Source: an uncultured Trueperaceae bacterium
GTDB taxonomy: Bacteria; Deinococcota; Deinococci; Deinococcales; Trueperaceae
Assembly (NCBI GenBank): GCA_963799485.1
Contig: CAWCXJ010000013.1
Coordinates: forward strand, 288,001 to 352,000
Length of the DNA stretch: 64,000 bases
Reading direction: 5' to 3'
The notes under the pieces are model-generated. The model was not told where the DNA came from, did not search any database, and saw only the letters and a program-made list of their open reading frames with translations. Positions 1 through 10,826 of the stretch are shown here, piece after piece. Position 1 is the stretch's first letter; the number at the start of each line of letters is the position of its first letter. Position numbers and translations under genes: made by a program.

Positions 1-634
1 AGCTTTTACGGCGAAACGCCGGAGGGCTTCGTCGTCCAGGCGGCGGGTGAGATTGATTTGCTCAAGTTCCGCTTCAGGTGTATAGGGAGTCAGAGTCATA
101 GCCAAGTGTAGCCGGTAGAGGTTGAAATAGCAACGTATTTTGGAGAACGAACGATTCTAACTAATACGTTTCGGTTTTGTGAACAGTCTAAATATTCTGT
201 TTGTGCGACTAATGTTTATGCGACTAAGCAGATGATTAGGGGAACCACACTCTTTCCGTTTATTCTCAGCGTGCGGATGCGTTCTAGAATGTCAGGGTGG
301 TTGTCAAGCATAGCGTACGGCTCTCCGGCATCCGGTTCTGTCGCCGTAATAGCGACCTCTTCCCCGGTTTTCTCGAGGTTATCGAGAACTTCGCTCGGGA
401 AAATTTTTCACTTGTATAAGACGCTCTCCTTACCGTCTCCAAGCTCTTGCATCAGCTTATAATATGGTGTCCAGACAGTTTCCAAAATTTATGACGTGTC
501 CGTCCAATCCTCCTAGGGTAAACAATGCTTTAGGTTCAGCTCCCGGATTCTTTACTATAGAGATTGTGGAGCGCAAACGGCTGCGTGCACCTTTTGTAAG
601 AGTCCCTGGTTCATGATAGAGCGAGGATACCGCG

Positions 635-1756
635 ATGCCAACTTCTCCCCTGCCTACCCCCCTGCTTAAACGCTCTTTCTACCTCTTCGGTCTGCCGGCT
701 GCCATGGTCGCCGTTTCGCTGCTCGTGTTTGCCGAGTGGCGGCAAGGAACGCTGCACGTGGTCGATCTCGTGGGGCTACCTTTGCTGGTGCTCCTCTTCG
801 GCGTTTTGACCTTTTGCTTCTGGCGTAAAACGATCTCCACCTCGAGACTCGAGACGGTCGCCTTCGGTGGGACGGTGCTGATGTACCTGGCGAGTCTGGG
901 TTATTCGCTCTTGGGCCTTTCGCAAGCCCAGGCCGCCTTGTGGAATCTGACCGGGTTAGGTTACTGGTCGCCTATCGTCTACGCCCTGGCGTTCTTGATC
1001 TTCGGGGTCAAAGGCGGGCTCAGGATGTCGCTCGTTATCTATACGCTCTCGCTGGTCGTATGGCTCGTTCACTTTGTGACGCTCTCACGTGCAGGTAACC
1101 CACCTATGGGCGAGGCTGTTTTCTATCAGCTTTTCGCTTCGGACGGCCTGCTGCTTATCATGCTCTACGGCATGGCGCGAGCATTTGTAGCGCAGGCGCA
1201 GCAGACGGTGCGCCTCGAGCACGATGCGAACACCGACGCCCTGACGCAGCTGCATAACCGCCGCTTTTTGACCGAACGTCTGGCTCAGGAGGTCGCCCGC
1301 TCGTTACGCCAGGGCCACCCCCTGGCCGTTACGCTTATCGACCTCGACCACTTCAAACGGATCAATGACGTCTATGGTCACCATGTCGGCGACAGCGTAT
1401 TGCAGGGTGTAGGAAACCACCTGTTAGCTCATGCCCGCAAGATGGATGTGGTCGGGCGCTGGGGTGGTGAGGAGTTTCTCATCGTGCTGCCCGATACGGC
1501 GTTGTTAGAGGCGCTCGAGGTCGCTGAACGGCTGCGAACGGTGCTGGGGCAGCGCCCGGGTGAAACAGCAGAAGCGGTCACCGCCAGCTTCGGGGTTACC
1601 CAGTATAGAGCCGGTGAAAGGCTCAAGACACTTCTCGCACGGGCTGACCAGATGCTCTACCGGGCAAAAGCGGCGGGCCGCAACCAGGTTTTGGGAGATG
1701 ACAACCGCCCCGCTGATTCGGCTGCGCCGGAGGTGTTGACCGTCAATTCGTTTTGA
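635..1756 (+). CDS. Membrane-anchored diguanylate cyclase (GGDEF domain)
   Basis: Several hydrophobic N-terminal segments; TDALTQLHNRR, DLDHFKRINDVYGHHVGD and RWGGEEF motifs; GAGG upstream. Confidence 0.92.
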   Translation: MPTSPLPTPLLKRSFYLFGLPAAMVAVSLLVFAEWRQGTLHVVDLVGLPLLVLLFGVLTFCFWRKTISTSRLETVAFGGTVLMYLASLGYSLLGLSQAQAALWNLTGLGYWSPIVYALAFLIFGVKGGLRMSLVIYTLSLVVWLVHFVTLSRAGNPPMGEAVFYQLFASDGLLLIMLYGMARAFVAQAQQTVRLEHDANTDALTQLHNRRFLTERLAQEVARSLRQGHPLAVTLIDLDHFKRINDVYGHHVGDSVLQGVGNHLLAHARKMDVVGRWGGEEFLIVLPDTALLEALEVAERLRTVLGQRPGETAEAVTASFGVTQYRAGERLKTLLARADQMLYRAKAAGRNQVLGDDNRPADSAAPEVLTVNSF

Positions 1757-1794
1757 TACCGGAGGTCTCCCCTTTCAAACGGTTAGTGTTTTAT

Positions 1795-1826
1795 TTCACA
1801 ACATCTTGCTCGTGAAAACTTTGTTT
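1795..1826. promoter_or_regulatory. Putative transcription-factor site TTCACAA-N8-TCGTGAA upstream of pxpA
   Basis: The same motif recurs at 7922-7944 and 10266-10298; 18 bp (CTCGTGAAAACTTTGTTT) are identical with the 10281 copy. Confidence 0.55.
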
Positions 1827-1868
1827 TATCTAACCGGCTGGTTTTCTAGCATGATATTCTGGTCTGCC

Positions 1869-2633
1869 ATGAAGACCATCGACCTCAACGCCGACGCAGG
1901 TGAGTCTTTCGGCGCGTGGCGGCTAGGGCGTGATGGTGCGTTGATGCCGCAGCTCACTTCGGTAAACCTGGCGTGCGGTTTTCACGCGGGCGACGCCGGC
2001 ACGATGCGGCGGAGCGTTGCGCTGGCCCTTAAGCACGGTGTTGCCAGCGGCGCGCATCCAGGCTTCCCCGACCTCTTGGGTTTCGGGCGGCGCGACGTGA
2101 CCGCGTCACCGGATGAGGTTTACGCCGATACCCTTTATCAGCTGGGTGCGCTCAGCGCATTTTTACGGCCTCACGGCAGGGCGCTTCATCACGTCAAGGC
2201 GCACGGGGCGCTCTACCTCAAGATGCTTGTCGATGTGCCGACGGCAGCGGCAGTGGCAGCAGCAGTTAAAGATTTCGACCCGACTTTACCGCTCGTCGTG
2301 CTTGCCGGGACGGGCGGTGAACAGATGGCGGCGGTGGCGCGTGAGGCGGGGCTGAGGGCGGTGCTCGAGGCGTTCCCCGACCGGGGTTATCTAGACGACG
2401 GGCGGCTCGCCCCGCGTTCACAACCGGGTGCAGTGGTGCACGACCCGCAGGGGGTTGCCGCACGCGCGCTTCAAATGGCCCGTGACGGCACCGTTATCTC
2501 ACTGTCGGGCAAGCGGTTGGAGCTGAACGCAGAGACCCTCTGCCTTCATGGCGACGAGCCGAACGCACCCGCTTCAGCGCAGGCAGTAAGGACGGCGCTC
2601 GCAGGTGCAGGCATCGACGTTCGGACGTTCTGA
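1869..2633 (+). CDS. pxpA: 5-oxoprolinase subunit A (LamB/YcsF family)
   Basis: IDLNADAGESFG, NLACGFHAGD, GAHPGFPD, HVKAHGALY and CLHGD motifs; start moved to ATG 1869 (MKTIDLN). Confidence 0.93.
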   Translation: MKTIDLNADAGESFGAWRLGRDGALMPQLTSVNLACGFHAGDAGTMRRSVALALKHGVASGAHPGFPDLLGFGRRDVTASPDEVYADTLYQLGALSAFLRPHGRALHHVKAHGALYLKMLVDVPTAAAVAAAVKDFDPTLPLVVLAGTGGEQMAAVAREAGLRAVLEAFPDRGYLDDGRLAPRSQPGAVVHDPQGVAARALQMARDGTVISLSGKRLELNAETLCLHGDEPNAPASAQAVRTALAGAGIDVRTF

Positions 2634-4132
2634 TGCCGAGCGGATTTTATCTGCGGTTTGGAACAATGCTGGACAAAACGCTCAACCGGCGTGTCCAGGG
2701 CACCGCTCAGGCTATCCTCAAAGCACCCCATCCGGCCCTGACCGATGTGATTCCCGGTTACAACACGCTTTACCTCGAGTACGACGGCAGAAAACTAAAC
2801 GAAGCCGGGTTGAAGCGGTGGTTAGCTGCGTTTCGCGCGGCAGAACCCGCACCGGGGCGGCAGCTCACCGTCCCCGTCCTTTACGATGGGCCGGATTTAG
2901 ATGACGTTGCAAAACGTACAGAGATGAGCGTCGCAGAGGTCGTCGCCCGCCACAGCGCCCGTGACTACCACGTTTACGCGCTCGGGTTTACGCCGGGGCT
3001 GGCGTTTATGGGCGATTTAGACACGGCTTTGCGTCTCCCCCGCCGGGACGCGCCCAGAGCGCAGGTTCCGGCACAAAGCGTAGCCATTGCCAACGGACAG
3101 ACGACGGTCTATCCCGTTGCGTCACCGGGCGGCTGGCATCTGCTGGGGCGTACCGTCGAACCTGTTTACAAGCCGACCGCCGACCAGCCTTTTTTGTTCG
3201 CTGCGGGCGACCGGGTACGGTTTCAGCCGGTTTCTGACAAACCTGGCGAAGCGGACGAAGGGGGACTCGAGCTTTTGCCTAGCACCCCGCAATTCCCGCT
3301 TTTACAGGTCGCCGAACCCGGTCTGCTCGATGTGATCGTCGACCGGGGCCGCTTTTTAGCCGGACACCTCGGTTTCGCCCGGAGTGGGCCGCTCGACGCG
3401 GTTTCTGCGGCGCGGGCGAACCGGCTCGTGGGAAACGAGGCGGGCGCGGCGCTGCTCGAGCTGAACTTGCAAGGTGGCGTCTACGAAGTTCTTAAGGACG
3501 GTGTGTTGGCTTTTACGGGCAGCGGGATGCAGGCGCAGCTGAACGGTGAGGGTGTGCGGGCGGACTCGAGCTTTGCGGTTCGCCGGGGCGACCGTTTGAA
3601 TTTTGTGCCAAATACAGCCGGGAGCCGGGGGTACCTGGCACCGGCGGGGGGGCTCGAGTCCCGGCGCTTTCGGGGCAGTGCGTCGGTCGATCTGCGCGGA
3701 CGCATCGGTCGGGCACTCCGTGAGGGTGACGTACTCGGGACAACGTGCGCGCACACCGCCAGGGCAGGACGGACGTTTTCACCCCACAGGTTTTACGGCG
3801 CGCTCCGGCTTGTCCCCGGCCCGCAGGCCTCGGCGGAGGCGCTCGGGGCGCTTACCCGGCAGCGTTTTACCGTCGGACGCGCCGACCGGGTGGGTGTGCA
3901 ACTCCTCGGGACAGGTATTCCCGGCAGTGTTCCCGGCGGTGAGGTTTTGTCCGAAGCAGTGCCGCTCGGCAGTATTCAGGTACCGCCGGGCGGAACGCCG
4001 CTGCTGCTCTTAAACGACCGGGGGACGTTAGGTGGTTACGCCAAACCTGCCGTGTTGCACCCGGCCGATTTGCCGCGTGCGGCGCAGCTGAGGCCGGGGC
4101 AAGAGGTACGGTTTAAGCTAACCAGGGTTTAA
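2633..4132 (+). CDS. pxpB: Fused 5-oxoprolinase PxpB-PxpC (allophanate hydrolase subunit 1+2-like)
   Basis: VPVLYDGPDL, LGFTPG and YPVASPGGWHLLGRT (PxpB) followed by ANRLVGN, GSIQVPPGG and GGYAKP (PxpC); TGATG coupling to pxpA. Confidence 0.9.
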   Translation: MPSGFYLRFGTMLDKTLNRRVQGTAQAILKAPHPALTDVIPGYNTLYLEYDGRKLNEAGLKRWLAAFRAAEPAPGRQLTVPVLYDGPDLDDVAKRTEMSVAEVVARHSARDYHVYALGFTPGLAFMGDLDTALRLPRRDAPRAQVPAQSVAIANGQTTVYPVASPGGWHLLGRTVEPVYKPTADQPFLFAAGDRVRFQPVSDKPGEADEGGLELLPSTPQFPLLQVAEPGLLDVIVDRGRFLAGHLGFARSGPLDAVSAARANRLVGNEAGAALLELNLQGGVYEVLKDGVLAFTGSGMQAQLNGEGVRADSSFAVRRGDRLNFVPNTAGSRGYLAPAGGLESRRFRGSASVDLRGRIGRALREGDVLGTTCAHTARAGRTFSPHRFYGALRLVPGPQASAEALGALTRQRFTVGRADRVGVQLLGTGIPGSVPGGEVLSEAVPLGSIQVPPGGTPLLLLNDRGTLGGYAKPAVLHPADLPRAAQLRPGQEVRFKLTRV

Positions 4133-4141
4133 GCTAAAAAC

Positions 4142-4861
4142 GTGAAGCTCAATCTTCCAATTTACAACCGTGCCGGTCTGCGCGAACTGGCTGAGTTAAA
4201 ACCGTTTTTAAGACTTGAAGACACATTGATGCTGGTTTCGGGCAACGTTGATAAAACGCTGGATTTGGTGTGGCTCGAGACCTCTCTGGCCCAGCTTACG
4301 ACCGAGTATCCACAAGGTGTTCTCGTCGCCACGGCGGGGCTGGAACACTTGGAGCAGCTCGCCGCCGCAACCCTCCCGAACGCCGGCCTCGTCTACATCT
4401 ACGAACCCGGTTTTGCCAACGTCCCGGAATTCTCGTGGGAGGCTGGCGTAACGGTCAAAAATCTGGAGCGTGCCGCCGACCTAGTTCACGCTCACGAATC
4501 TAAGGTGGCCTTCAAGCCCACCGGACGCCCGCTGTTTCAAGGCTATCTGTTCAAGTACGGGTGGAATTACGGGGTTTTTGCCGAGCACGCCGACTTGCTG
4601 CTCGTCCAGACGCAGACGTACTGCCACGCCGGGACTTTTTCCGGGGCGGCGGAGAAGTTGGGGCTCGAGTGTGCCCAGCAGCTCGCCAAAACCTACGTTC
4701 AGGTCACGCTCGACCCGACCGCGCGCAACGGCGTTTCCCCCGAAGCTGCCGTAAATTGCGTGCAAACCGCCCAAGCGTGCGGTTTTGCGGGGGTGACGGC
4801 GTGGGGCTCGCCGCGTTTTACCGCGCAGACAGTGACGTTTCTAAAGAGCCTGCGCCCCTAA
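4142..4861 (+). CDS. Hypothetical protein, possibly a glycoside-hydrolase-like TIM barrel
   Basis: 239 aa ORF with alternating beta/alpha pattern (YIYEP, LLVQTQ); TAAGCT-N6-GTG leaderless start. Confidence 0.7.
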   Translation: MKLNLPIYNRAGLRELAELKPFLRLEDTLMLVSGNVDKTLDLVWLETSLAQLTTEYPQGVLVATAGLEHLEQLAAATLPNAGLVYIYEPGFANVPEFSWEAGVTVKNLERAADLVHAHESKVAFKPTGRPLFQGYLFKYGWNYGVFAEHADLLLVQTQTYCHAGTFSGAAEKLGLECAQQLAKTYVQVTLDPTARNGVSPEAAVNCVQTAQACGFAGVTAWGSPRFTAQTVTFLKSLRP

Positions 4862-6351
4862 CGCCGGGTGCGGCGCAGATACGGCCCGGCAAGTGGCACC
4901 AGCACCGCGAGCAGGGAAATTGCCAATAAAGTTGCTGAGAGCGGCTCACGTAAAAACACGCTTGGGTCGCCTTGACTGATCGACAACGCCCGCCGAAACT
5001 GCTGCTCCGCCATCGGCCCGAGGATCATTCCGAGAACCGCCGGAGCGACCGGAAAGCCGTAACGCCGCATCAAAAAGCCTGCGCCGCCGATTAAAAAGAG
5101 CGTCACCAAATCGACCGTCGAATTACTCAAGGTGTAGGTACCGAGCGCTGCGAAGACCAAAATCCCGGCGTAGAGCAGCGGGCGCGGGATAAACAGCAGC
5201 CGTACCCAGAGCCCGACGAGCGGTAGGTTGAGGATCAGCAGCATGGCGTTGCCGATGTAGAGGCTCGCAATCAACCCCCAAACCAGGTCGGGTGAGGTTT
5301 GAAACAAGAGCGGCCCCGGTTGTAAGCCGAACTGCTGAAACGCAGCAAGCATGATCGCCGCCGTCGCCGAGGTCGGCAGACCGAGCGTCAGGAGCGGAAC
5401 GAGAACCCCGGCAGCCGAGGCGTTATTAGCCGCTTCCGGCCCGGCGACGCCTTCGATGGCACCCTTGCCGAACTCTTCGGGGCGTCGGCTGAGGCGTTTC
5501 TCGAGCGCATAAGAGAGAAACGTCGGGATTTCAGCGCCACCCGCCGGCAGCGCCCCGAGCGGAAACCCGAGCAGACTCCCGCGCAACCAGGGCCGCCACG
5601 AGCGCTGCCACTCGTCACGGTTCATCCACACCGAGCCGCCGCTAATGGGCGTGATGTCCTGGTCGCCGCGCCGAAGTCTCGAGGCCACGTAAAGGGTCTC
5701 CCCTACCGCAAAGAGTCCTACAGCGACAATCACTACACTGATGCCGTCGAGCATCGCAGGCATACCCAGCGTGTAGCGCGCCTGCCCGGTTTGCAGGTCG
5801 ATACCGACCAGACCCAAACCCAGACCCAGAAAGAGGCTTGTCATGCCGCGCAACACCGACCCGCCGAGCAGCGACGCCACCGTCGTAAAGGCTAGGATCA
5901 TCAGCGCGAAGTAGTCGGCGGGGCCGAAGCTGAGGGCAACTCTGACCATCAGCGGGGCGATGAACGTCAGGGCGATTGTCGCGAGCGTTCCGGCGATAAA
6001 CGAGCCAATTGCAGCCGTGGCCAGAGCCGCGCCGCCACGCCCACGGCGCGCCATCTTGTTGCCCTCCAACGCCGTAATAATCGAGGCGCTTTCACCGGGC
6101 GTATTGAGCAAAATCGAGGTCGTCGAACCGCCGTACATGCCGCCGTAATAGATACCGGCGAACATGATAAACGACCCCACCGGGTCGAGCCGGAAGGTTA
6201 CGGGCAACAGCAGCGCCACGGTCAACGCCGGGCCGATCCCCGGCAAGATGCCGACGACTGTTCCGAGGGTGACGCCGAGCAGCGCCCAACCCAGGTTGGG
6301 TAAGGTCAGCGCGACGGCAAAGCCGTCTAGCAGCGCACTTAACGTGTCCAC
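4858..6351 (-). CDS. tctA: Tripartite tricarboxylate transporter permease
   Basis: [21 protein letters not shown] and GPEAANNA TctA signatures. Confidence 0.93.
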   Translation of the reverse strand: MDTLSALLDGFAVALTLPNLGWALLGVTLGTVVGILPGIGPALTVALLLPVTFRLDPVGSFIMFAGIYYGGMYGGSTTSILLNTPGESASIITALEGNKMARRGRGGAALATAAIGSFIAGTLATIALTFIAPLMVRVALSFGPADYFALMILAFTTVASLLGGSVLRGMTSLFLGLGLGLVGIDLQTGQARYTLGMPAMLDGISVVIVAVGLFAVGETLYVASRLRRGDQDITPISGGSVWMNRDEWQRSWRPWLRGSLLGFPLGALPAGGAEIPTFLSYALEKRLSRRPEEFGKGAIEGVAGPEAANNASAAGVLVPLLTLGLPTSATAAIMLAAFQQFGLQPGPLLFQTSPDLVWGLIASLYIGNAMLLILNLPLVGLWVRLLFIPRPLLYAGILVFAALGTYTLSNSTVDLVTLFLIGGAGFLMRRYGFPVAPAVLGMILGPMAEQQFRRALSISQGDPSVFLREPLSATLLAISLLAVLVPLAGPYLRRTRR

Positions 6352-6860
6352 TAAAGCCCTAGCGGGGCCAGCAATCCGGCAGGGAGACGCAACCCCAAGA
6401 GGCGGGTAAACGCCTCGAAAACGACGAGGGCTAAAATGAGGCCGACGACCGGGTCACGAAGCCAGGCGCGGCTGCCAAAGGCGAACGCAACGCCCCAAAA
6501 GAGCACGGCTGAAGCGAGGATAAACCCGGCGGGTCTGAGCAGCAGCACATAGAGCGCGAGGGTCACGCCGATGATGCCGACGGCCCGGTAATCTACGGGC
6601 GCTTCAGCATCGGCGTCTTCGGCTTCTTCGGGTTCGGCAGTTTGACCTCGGAGCGCCTGCACGAGCAGCAGTGCGCCGCAAAAGAGCAGCCCAAACGCCA
6701 CTAGAAACGGAAAAAAGCGTGGCCCGACGCGGGCATAGGTCTGCGCCACGTTAATTTGCAACGCGCCGTAAACGAAATAACCGCCGAGCCCCATTACACC
6801 GAGTGCGATCAGCAGGTCGCCGAGCGGAACACCGTTTTCTCGAGGTTTGTCCAACCTCAC
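6351..6860 (-). CDS. tctB: Tripartite tricarboxylate transporter small subunit
   Basis: Four-TM protein with GPRFFP and LPAG motifs, lying between tctC and tctA. Confidence 0.88.
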   Translation of the reverse strand: MRLDKPRENGVPLGDLLIALGVMGLGGYFVYGALQINVAQTYARVGPRFFPFLVAFGLLFCGALLLVQALRGQTAEPEEAEDADAEAPVDYRAVGIIGVTLALYVLLLRPAGFILASAVLFWGVAFAFGSRAWLRDPVVGLILALVVFEAFTRLLGLRLPAGLLAPLGL

Positions 6861-7831
6861 TCGCCGACCAGACCGATGTCGGCCAGAATCTCCTGAACGC
6901 GGATGTCTTCGCTCTGCAGGTACGCCGCAAACTCGTCACCGCTACGGTACACGTCGTCCCAGTTGTTTTCTTCCAGAATAGCCTGCCACTCCGGAGAAGC
7001 TTGCAACTTGTCAACTACGTTTAGGAGTGCGCTCCGCTGCTCGCCTGTTAGGTCGGGCGGCGCGACGACGCCGCGCCAGTTGGCAAGCTCGACGTCGATC
7101 CCTTGCTCGGTCAGCGTCGGCACGTCGATGCCCTCGAGCCGTTCTGGAGACGAAATGGCGAGCGCGCGCAGGTCGCCCGACTCGATCGACCCGGCCCACT
7201 CGCCGTAACCCGTGACGCCCGCCGAAACCTGCGAACCCAACACCGCCGCAAGCGCCTCGCCCCCGCCCGAATAGGGAATGTAGTTGAGCTGGGCGGGGTC
7301 GACCCCGGCAGCTTGCGCCACCAGACCCGCCAAGATGTGGTCGGTACCACCCGCTGAACCGCCGCCCCAGGAAACTGCCCCGGGATCTTCACGGAGGGCT
7401 GCCAAGAGGTCGTCGAGCGTTTGGAAAGGCGAATTTGCGGGTACGGCGATGACTTCGTACTCGGCGGTAAGGCTGGCAATCGGGGTGGTTTCGGCGAGCG
7501 TTACGGCTGAATTATTCGTCAGCACTGCGCCGGTCATCACCAGACCCATCATCATCAGCAGGTCTCCCTGACCGCGTTCGGCGCTAGCAAGCTGCGCCAA
7601 ACCTATCGTTCCGCCTGCCCCAGGAACATTAAAGACCTCGACGCGCGGCACAATGCCGGTCTCTTGCAAGGTCTGCTGCATAAGCCTCGAGGTCGTGTCC
7701 CAACCGCCACCGGGCGACGCCGGGGCCATAATGCGCAAAGATTCCAAATCCTGCGCCGACCCCAAGCCGGTAAGTAACATCCCGCCCACAAGCAAAGAAA
7801 CGACCCGACGACGTACCTGTATAGTTCGCAT
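6857..7831 (-). CDS. tctC: Tripartite tricarboxylate transporter substrate-binding protein (Bug/TctC)
   Basis: [19 protein letters not shown] and GGSAGGTDH motifs; signal peptide; start at ATG 7831 with GGAG upstream. Confidence 0.9.
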   Translation of the reverse strand: MRTIQVRRRVVSLLVGGMLLTGLGSAQDLESLRIMAPASPGGGWDTTSRLMQQTLQETGIVPRVEVFNVPGAGGTIGLAQLASAERGQGDLLMMMGLVMTGAVLTNNSAVTLAETTPIASLTAEYEVIAVPANSPFQTLDDLLAALREDPGAVSWGGGSAGGTDHILAGLVAQAAGVDPAQLNYIPYSGGGEALAAVLGSQVSAGVTGYGEWAGSIESGDLRALAISSPERLEGIDVPTLTEQGIDVELANWRGVVAPPDLTGEQRSALLNVVDKLQASPEWQAILEENNWDDVYRSGDEFAAYLQSEDIRVQEILADIGLVGE

Positions 7832-7921
7832 AGCTGCTCCGATCCAAAAGTAGATTTGTCGGAGTATACCGGACATAGCCGCTGACGACAAGGCGGTTCT
7901 GTTGCACAATTAATAATTATT

Positions 7922-7944
7922 TTCACAACACCTTTGTTTGTGAA
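7922..7944. promoter_or_regulatory. Inverted repeat TTCACAA-N9-TTGTGAA upstream of tctC
   Basis: Perfect 7 bp inverted repeat in AT-rich intergenic DNA; matches the motifs at 1795 and 10266. Confidence 0.55.
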
Positions 7945-7957
7945 ATTTTTTGTTTGC

Positions 7958-8389
7958 CTAATGCCCGACCTCGGTTGTTTGGTCGCCTCGTGGGAGTGCC
8001 CCTTCAACCAACAGCTGCGCGTACTCCTCGTCGCTAAAAATGCGGGAGCGGATTAAAAAGCGCACCCCTTCAGGAGCTTCGACCGAAAAGCCGCTGCCAC
8101 GTCCCTTGACGACGTCGACTGTGAGGTGTGTGTGTTGCCAGTATTCGTACTGCGAGGCGCTGATATAAAACGGTGCGCCCGCGACCGTGCCGAGGTAGAT
8201 ATCGACGTTGCCGAGCCGAAAGTCACCCTGCGGGTAACACATCGGCGACGAGCCGTCGCAGCAACCGCCCGACTGGTGAAACATCAGCGGGCCGTGAATG
8301 AGTTTGAGGGTGTCTAACAGCTCAGCCGCTTTCGGGGTAATGCTCACCCGTTCGACGCGCCCATCGGCGGTGCGTTTAACCGTATCCAT
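7958..8389 (-). CDS. DUF779 family protein (aldehyde dehydrogenase partner)
   Basis: HGPLMFHQSGGCCDGSSPMCY signature; downstream of the ALDH gene. Confidence 0.92.
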   Translation of the reverse strand: MDTVKRTADGRVERVSITPKAAELLDTLKLIHGPLMFHQSGGCCDGSSPMCYPQGDFRLGNVDIYLGTVAGAPFYISASQYEYWQHTHLTVDVVKGRGSGFSVEAPEGVRFLIRSRIFSDEEYAQLLVEGALPRGDQTTEVGH

Positions 8390-8529
8390 AAGGTCTCCTT
8401 GCAGACGAGAATTTAGAAGGCAGAATACAGCGTGGGGAAATTTGCCTTTTACATCTTTGTTCGCCTTGGCGCTTCAAAATGCTGAAAGCCCGACCTGAAG
8501 CCGGGCCCCAGCCTACTGCAAGCTAGCGT

Positions 8530-10047
8530 CTAAAAGAAGCCCAGCGCATCTTTGCTGTATGAAACCAGCATGTTTTTGGTCTGCTGGTAGTGATCCAACA
8601 TCATCAGGTGGTTTTCGCGGCCTACGCCCGACTGCTTGTAGCCGCCGAACGCGGCGTGCGCGGGGTACGCGTGGTAGTTGTTGACCCACACGCGGCCTGC
8701 CTGAATCCCGCGCCCCATCCGGTAGCAGACGTTGGCGTCGCGGCTCCAGACCCCGGCTCCGAGGCCGTAAAGCGTATCGTTGGCAATCGTAAGCGCGTCG
8801 GCTTCATCCTTAAAGCTCGTGACCGAGACGACCGGGCCGAAGATTTCTTCTTGGAACACGCGCATCTTGTTGTTGCCTTCGAAGATGGTCGGTTCGACGT
8901 AGTAGCCGTCCTCGAGCCCTTCGAGCTGTTTACGCTGCCCGCCGGTCAAGACCTTCGCCCCTTCGGAGGTGCCGATGTCGAAGTACGACAGGATTTTCTC
9001 CAACTGGTCGTTCGAGGCTTGCGCGCCCATCATCGTGTTCGGGTCTAGGGGATTGCCCATCTGAATCTTTTCGACGCGGGCCACGGCGCGCTCCATAAAT
9101 GCGTCGTAAATCGACGCCTGCACCAGGGCGCGGCTCGGACAGGTACAGACTTCACCCTGGTTGAGCGCAAACATGGCAAAACCCTCGAGCGCCTTGTCGA
9201 AGTAGGCGTCGTCTTCACGCATCACGTCCTCAAAAAACACGTTAGGTGATTTGCCGCCGAGCTCCAAAGTCACCGGAATCAGGTTTTCCGAGGCGTACTG
9301 CATGATCAGGCGGCCCGTGGTGGTCTCGCCGGTAAAGGCGACCTTGCCGACGCGGGGGCTGCTCGCTAAAGGCTTGCCCGCTTCGACCCCGAAACCCTGC
9401 ACGATGTTGAGCACACCGGCAGGCAAGATGTCGCTAATGAGTTCGGCGACGAACATGATGCCGACAGGCGTCTGCTCAGCAGGTTTAAGGACCACGCAGT
9501 TGCCAGCAGCAAGCGCCGGGGCAAGCTTCCAGGTCGCCATCAGGATGGGAAAGTTCCACGGGATAATCTGCGCGACGACGCCAATGGGCTCGTGAAAGTG
9601 GTACGCCACGGTGTCGTTGTCGATCTGCGAGATGCCGCCCTCTTGCGCGCGGATGGCTCCGGCGAAGTAGCGGAAGTGGTCGATAGCGAGCGGCAAATCG
9701 GCGGCCATCGTCTCGCGGAGCGCCTTGCCGTTGTCCCACGTTTCGACTTTGGCGAGGGTCTCCAAGTTCTCTTCCAACCGGTCGGCAATCTTCAAGAGGA
9801 TGTTTGAACGTTCAGCCGGTGAAGTGCGGCCCCACGCGCCCTTGGCGGCGTGTGCGGCGTCGAGCGCTTTTTCGACGTCTTCAGCGGTCGAACGGGCGAC
9901 TTCGCAGAAGGTCTGCCCGGTGACCGGCGAAGGGTTTTCGAAGTACATGCCTTTAGCCGGGGCGATGAACTCACCACCGATAAAGTTGTCGTAACGTTTC
10001 TTGAATGCTACGGGCGGGGTAACGCGGCTCTCTGCGTCTTGAATCAT
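8530..10047 (-). CDS. aldB: Aldehyde dehydrogenase (AldB/AcoD type)
   Basis: [30 protein letters not shown] and FGGYKQSG motifs; start ATG 10047 after AAGGA. Confidence 0.93.
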   Translation of the reverse strand: MIQDAESRVTPPVAFKKRYDNFIGGEFIAPAKGMYFENPSPVTGQTFCEVARSTAEDVEKALDAAHAAKGAWGRTSPAERSNILLKIADRLEENLETLAKVETWDNGKALRETMAADLPLAIDHFRYFAGAIRAQEGGISQIDNDTVAYHFHEPIGVVAQIIPWNFPILMATWKLAPALAAGNCVVLKPAEQTPVGIMFVAELISDILPAGVLNIVQGFGVEAGKPLASSPRVGKVAFTGETTTGRLIMQYASENLIPVTLELGGKSPNVFFEDVMREDDAYFDKALEGFAMFALNQGEVCTCPSRALVQASIYDAFMERAVARVEKIQMGNPLDPNTMMGAQASNDQLEKILSYFDIGTSEGAKVLTGGQRKQLEGLEDGYYVEPTIFEGNNKMRVFQEEIFGPVVSVTSFKDEADALTIANDTLYGLGAGVWSRDANVCYRMGRGIQAGRVWVNNYHAYPAHAAFGGYKQSGVGRENHLMMLDHYQQTKNMLVSYSKDALGFF

Positions 10048-10254
10048 CCGGGGTTCCTTTCGGGAATCGAGACCTGAAGCGGTGGGCAAATAGCTGCAAA
10101 GGCTCCTTTCGCGAGACAAGCTGTAATGTGATGGCGACTATACCAGAAAAACGTGAAAGTCTAGGGTCGGCAGGGATGCATACCACCGGAGACATGCTGG
10201 GGTTTGGGGCCCCCTACCGAGAATACTCGGCGCTGAATAGCTTCATGATATTAA

Positions 10255-10298
10255 TGGTGAACAAATTCACAATACTCCTACTCGTGAAAACTTTGTTT
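10255..10298. promoter_or_regulatory. Rex/CRP-like box TGGTGAACAAATTCACAA plus an adjacent TCGTGAA half-site
   Basis: Near match to TTGTGAA-N4-TTCACAA; shares sequence with the pxpA upstream motif. Confidence 0.55.
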
Positions 10299-10341
10299 CA
10301 TTGTATTTTCCAACACTCTGACCAAGCGCTATACCCGGCAG

Positions 10342-10490
10342 ATGAAAATGGCGGACGTTTTATCGGTGGCGGTATCATCGGCTCTGCGTGCGCGCTTCGG
10401 CTCACTGAACGGGGCTTTAAGGTGGCCGCGCGAGGCGAAACGCCGACAGAATCCCTGCTCGTGGCAGCGGGCAAGCTGCCCGAGAAAAGT
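10342..10490 (+). pseudogene. N-terminal remnant of an FAD-dependent oxidase (ThiO/DAO-like)
   Basis: MADV, a frameshift, then IGGGIIGSACALRLTERGFKV...VAAGKL (Rossmann GxGxxG); truncated. Confidence 0.6.
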
Positions 10491-10498
10491 TTGCGCCG

Positions 10499-10826
10499 AT
10501 GAATGTACGGTTTCTCTGCGCCGGCAGCGCGGCCCGCAGTCAGATGGCGGAAGCGTTATTGCGGCGCTACGGCGGCGAGCGTTTCAGCGCCTACAGCGCG
10601 GGTCTGGCCCCTAGCGTGATTAATCCTTACGCCCTGCGGACAACGGAAGAGCTGGACTTCGATATGGAAGGCGTCACGCCAAGAGCATAAAGGAATATCT
10701 CGGTGGGATGAATTTCGCCTATGCGATTGCCGTGTGCGCCAAGGCAGAAGCGAAGTGCCCCGCGACCTTTCCGGGTCAGCCCGTCCGCTTGGCGTGGCAG
10801 TTCGACGACCCGGCAGCGAAGGAAAG
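10499..10826 (+). pseudogene. arsC: Frameshifted thioredoxin-type arsenate reductase (LMW-PTP family)
   Basis: FLCAGSAARSQMAEA...SAG..P, frameshift near 10675, then AVCAKAEAKCP..FPG...WQFDDPA; C-terminus missing. Confidence 0.75.

Noticed and set aside
1..111. Open + frame at the window start (SFYGETPEGFVVQAAGEIDLLKF...)
   Set aside because: Too short and truncated to assign; probably the end of an upstream gene
2633..4132. PxpB-PxpC fusion as a novelty
   Set aside because: Fused forms are already known, for example in Thermus
10128..10502. 124 aa ORF in the track
   Set aside because: It runs through promoter DNA; only its 3' part belongs to the oxidase remnant
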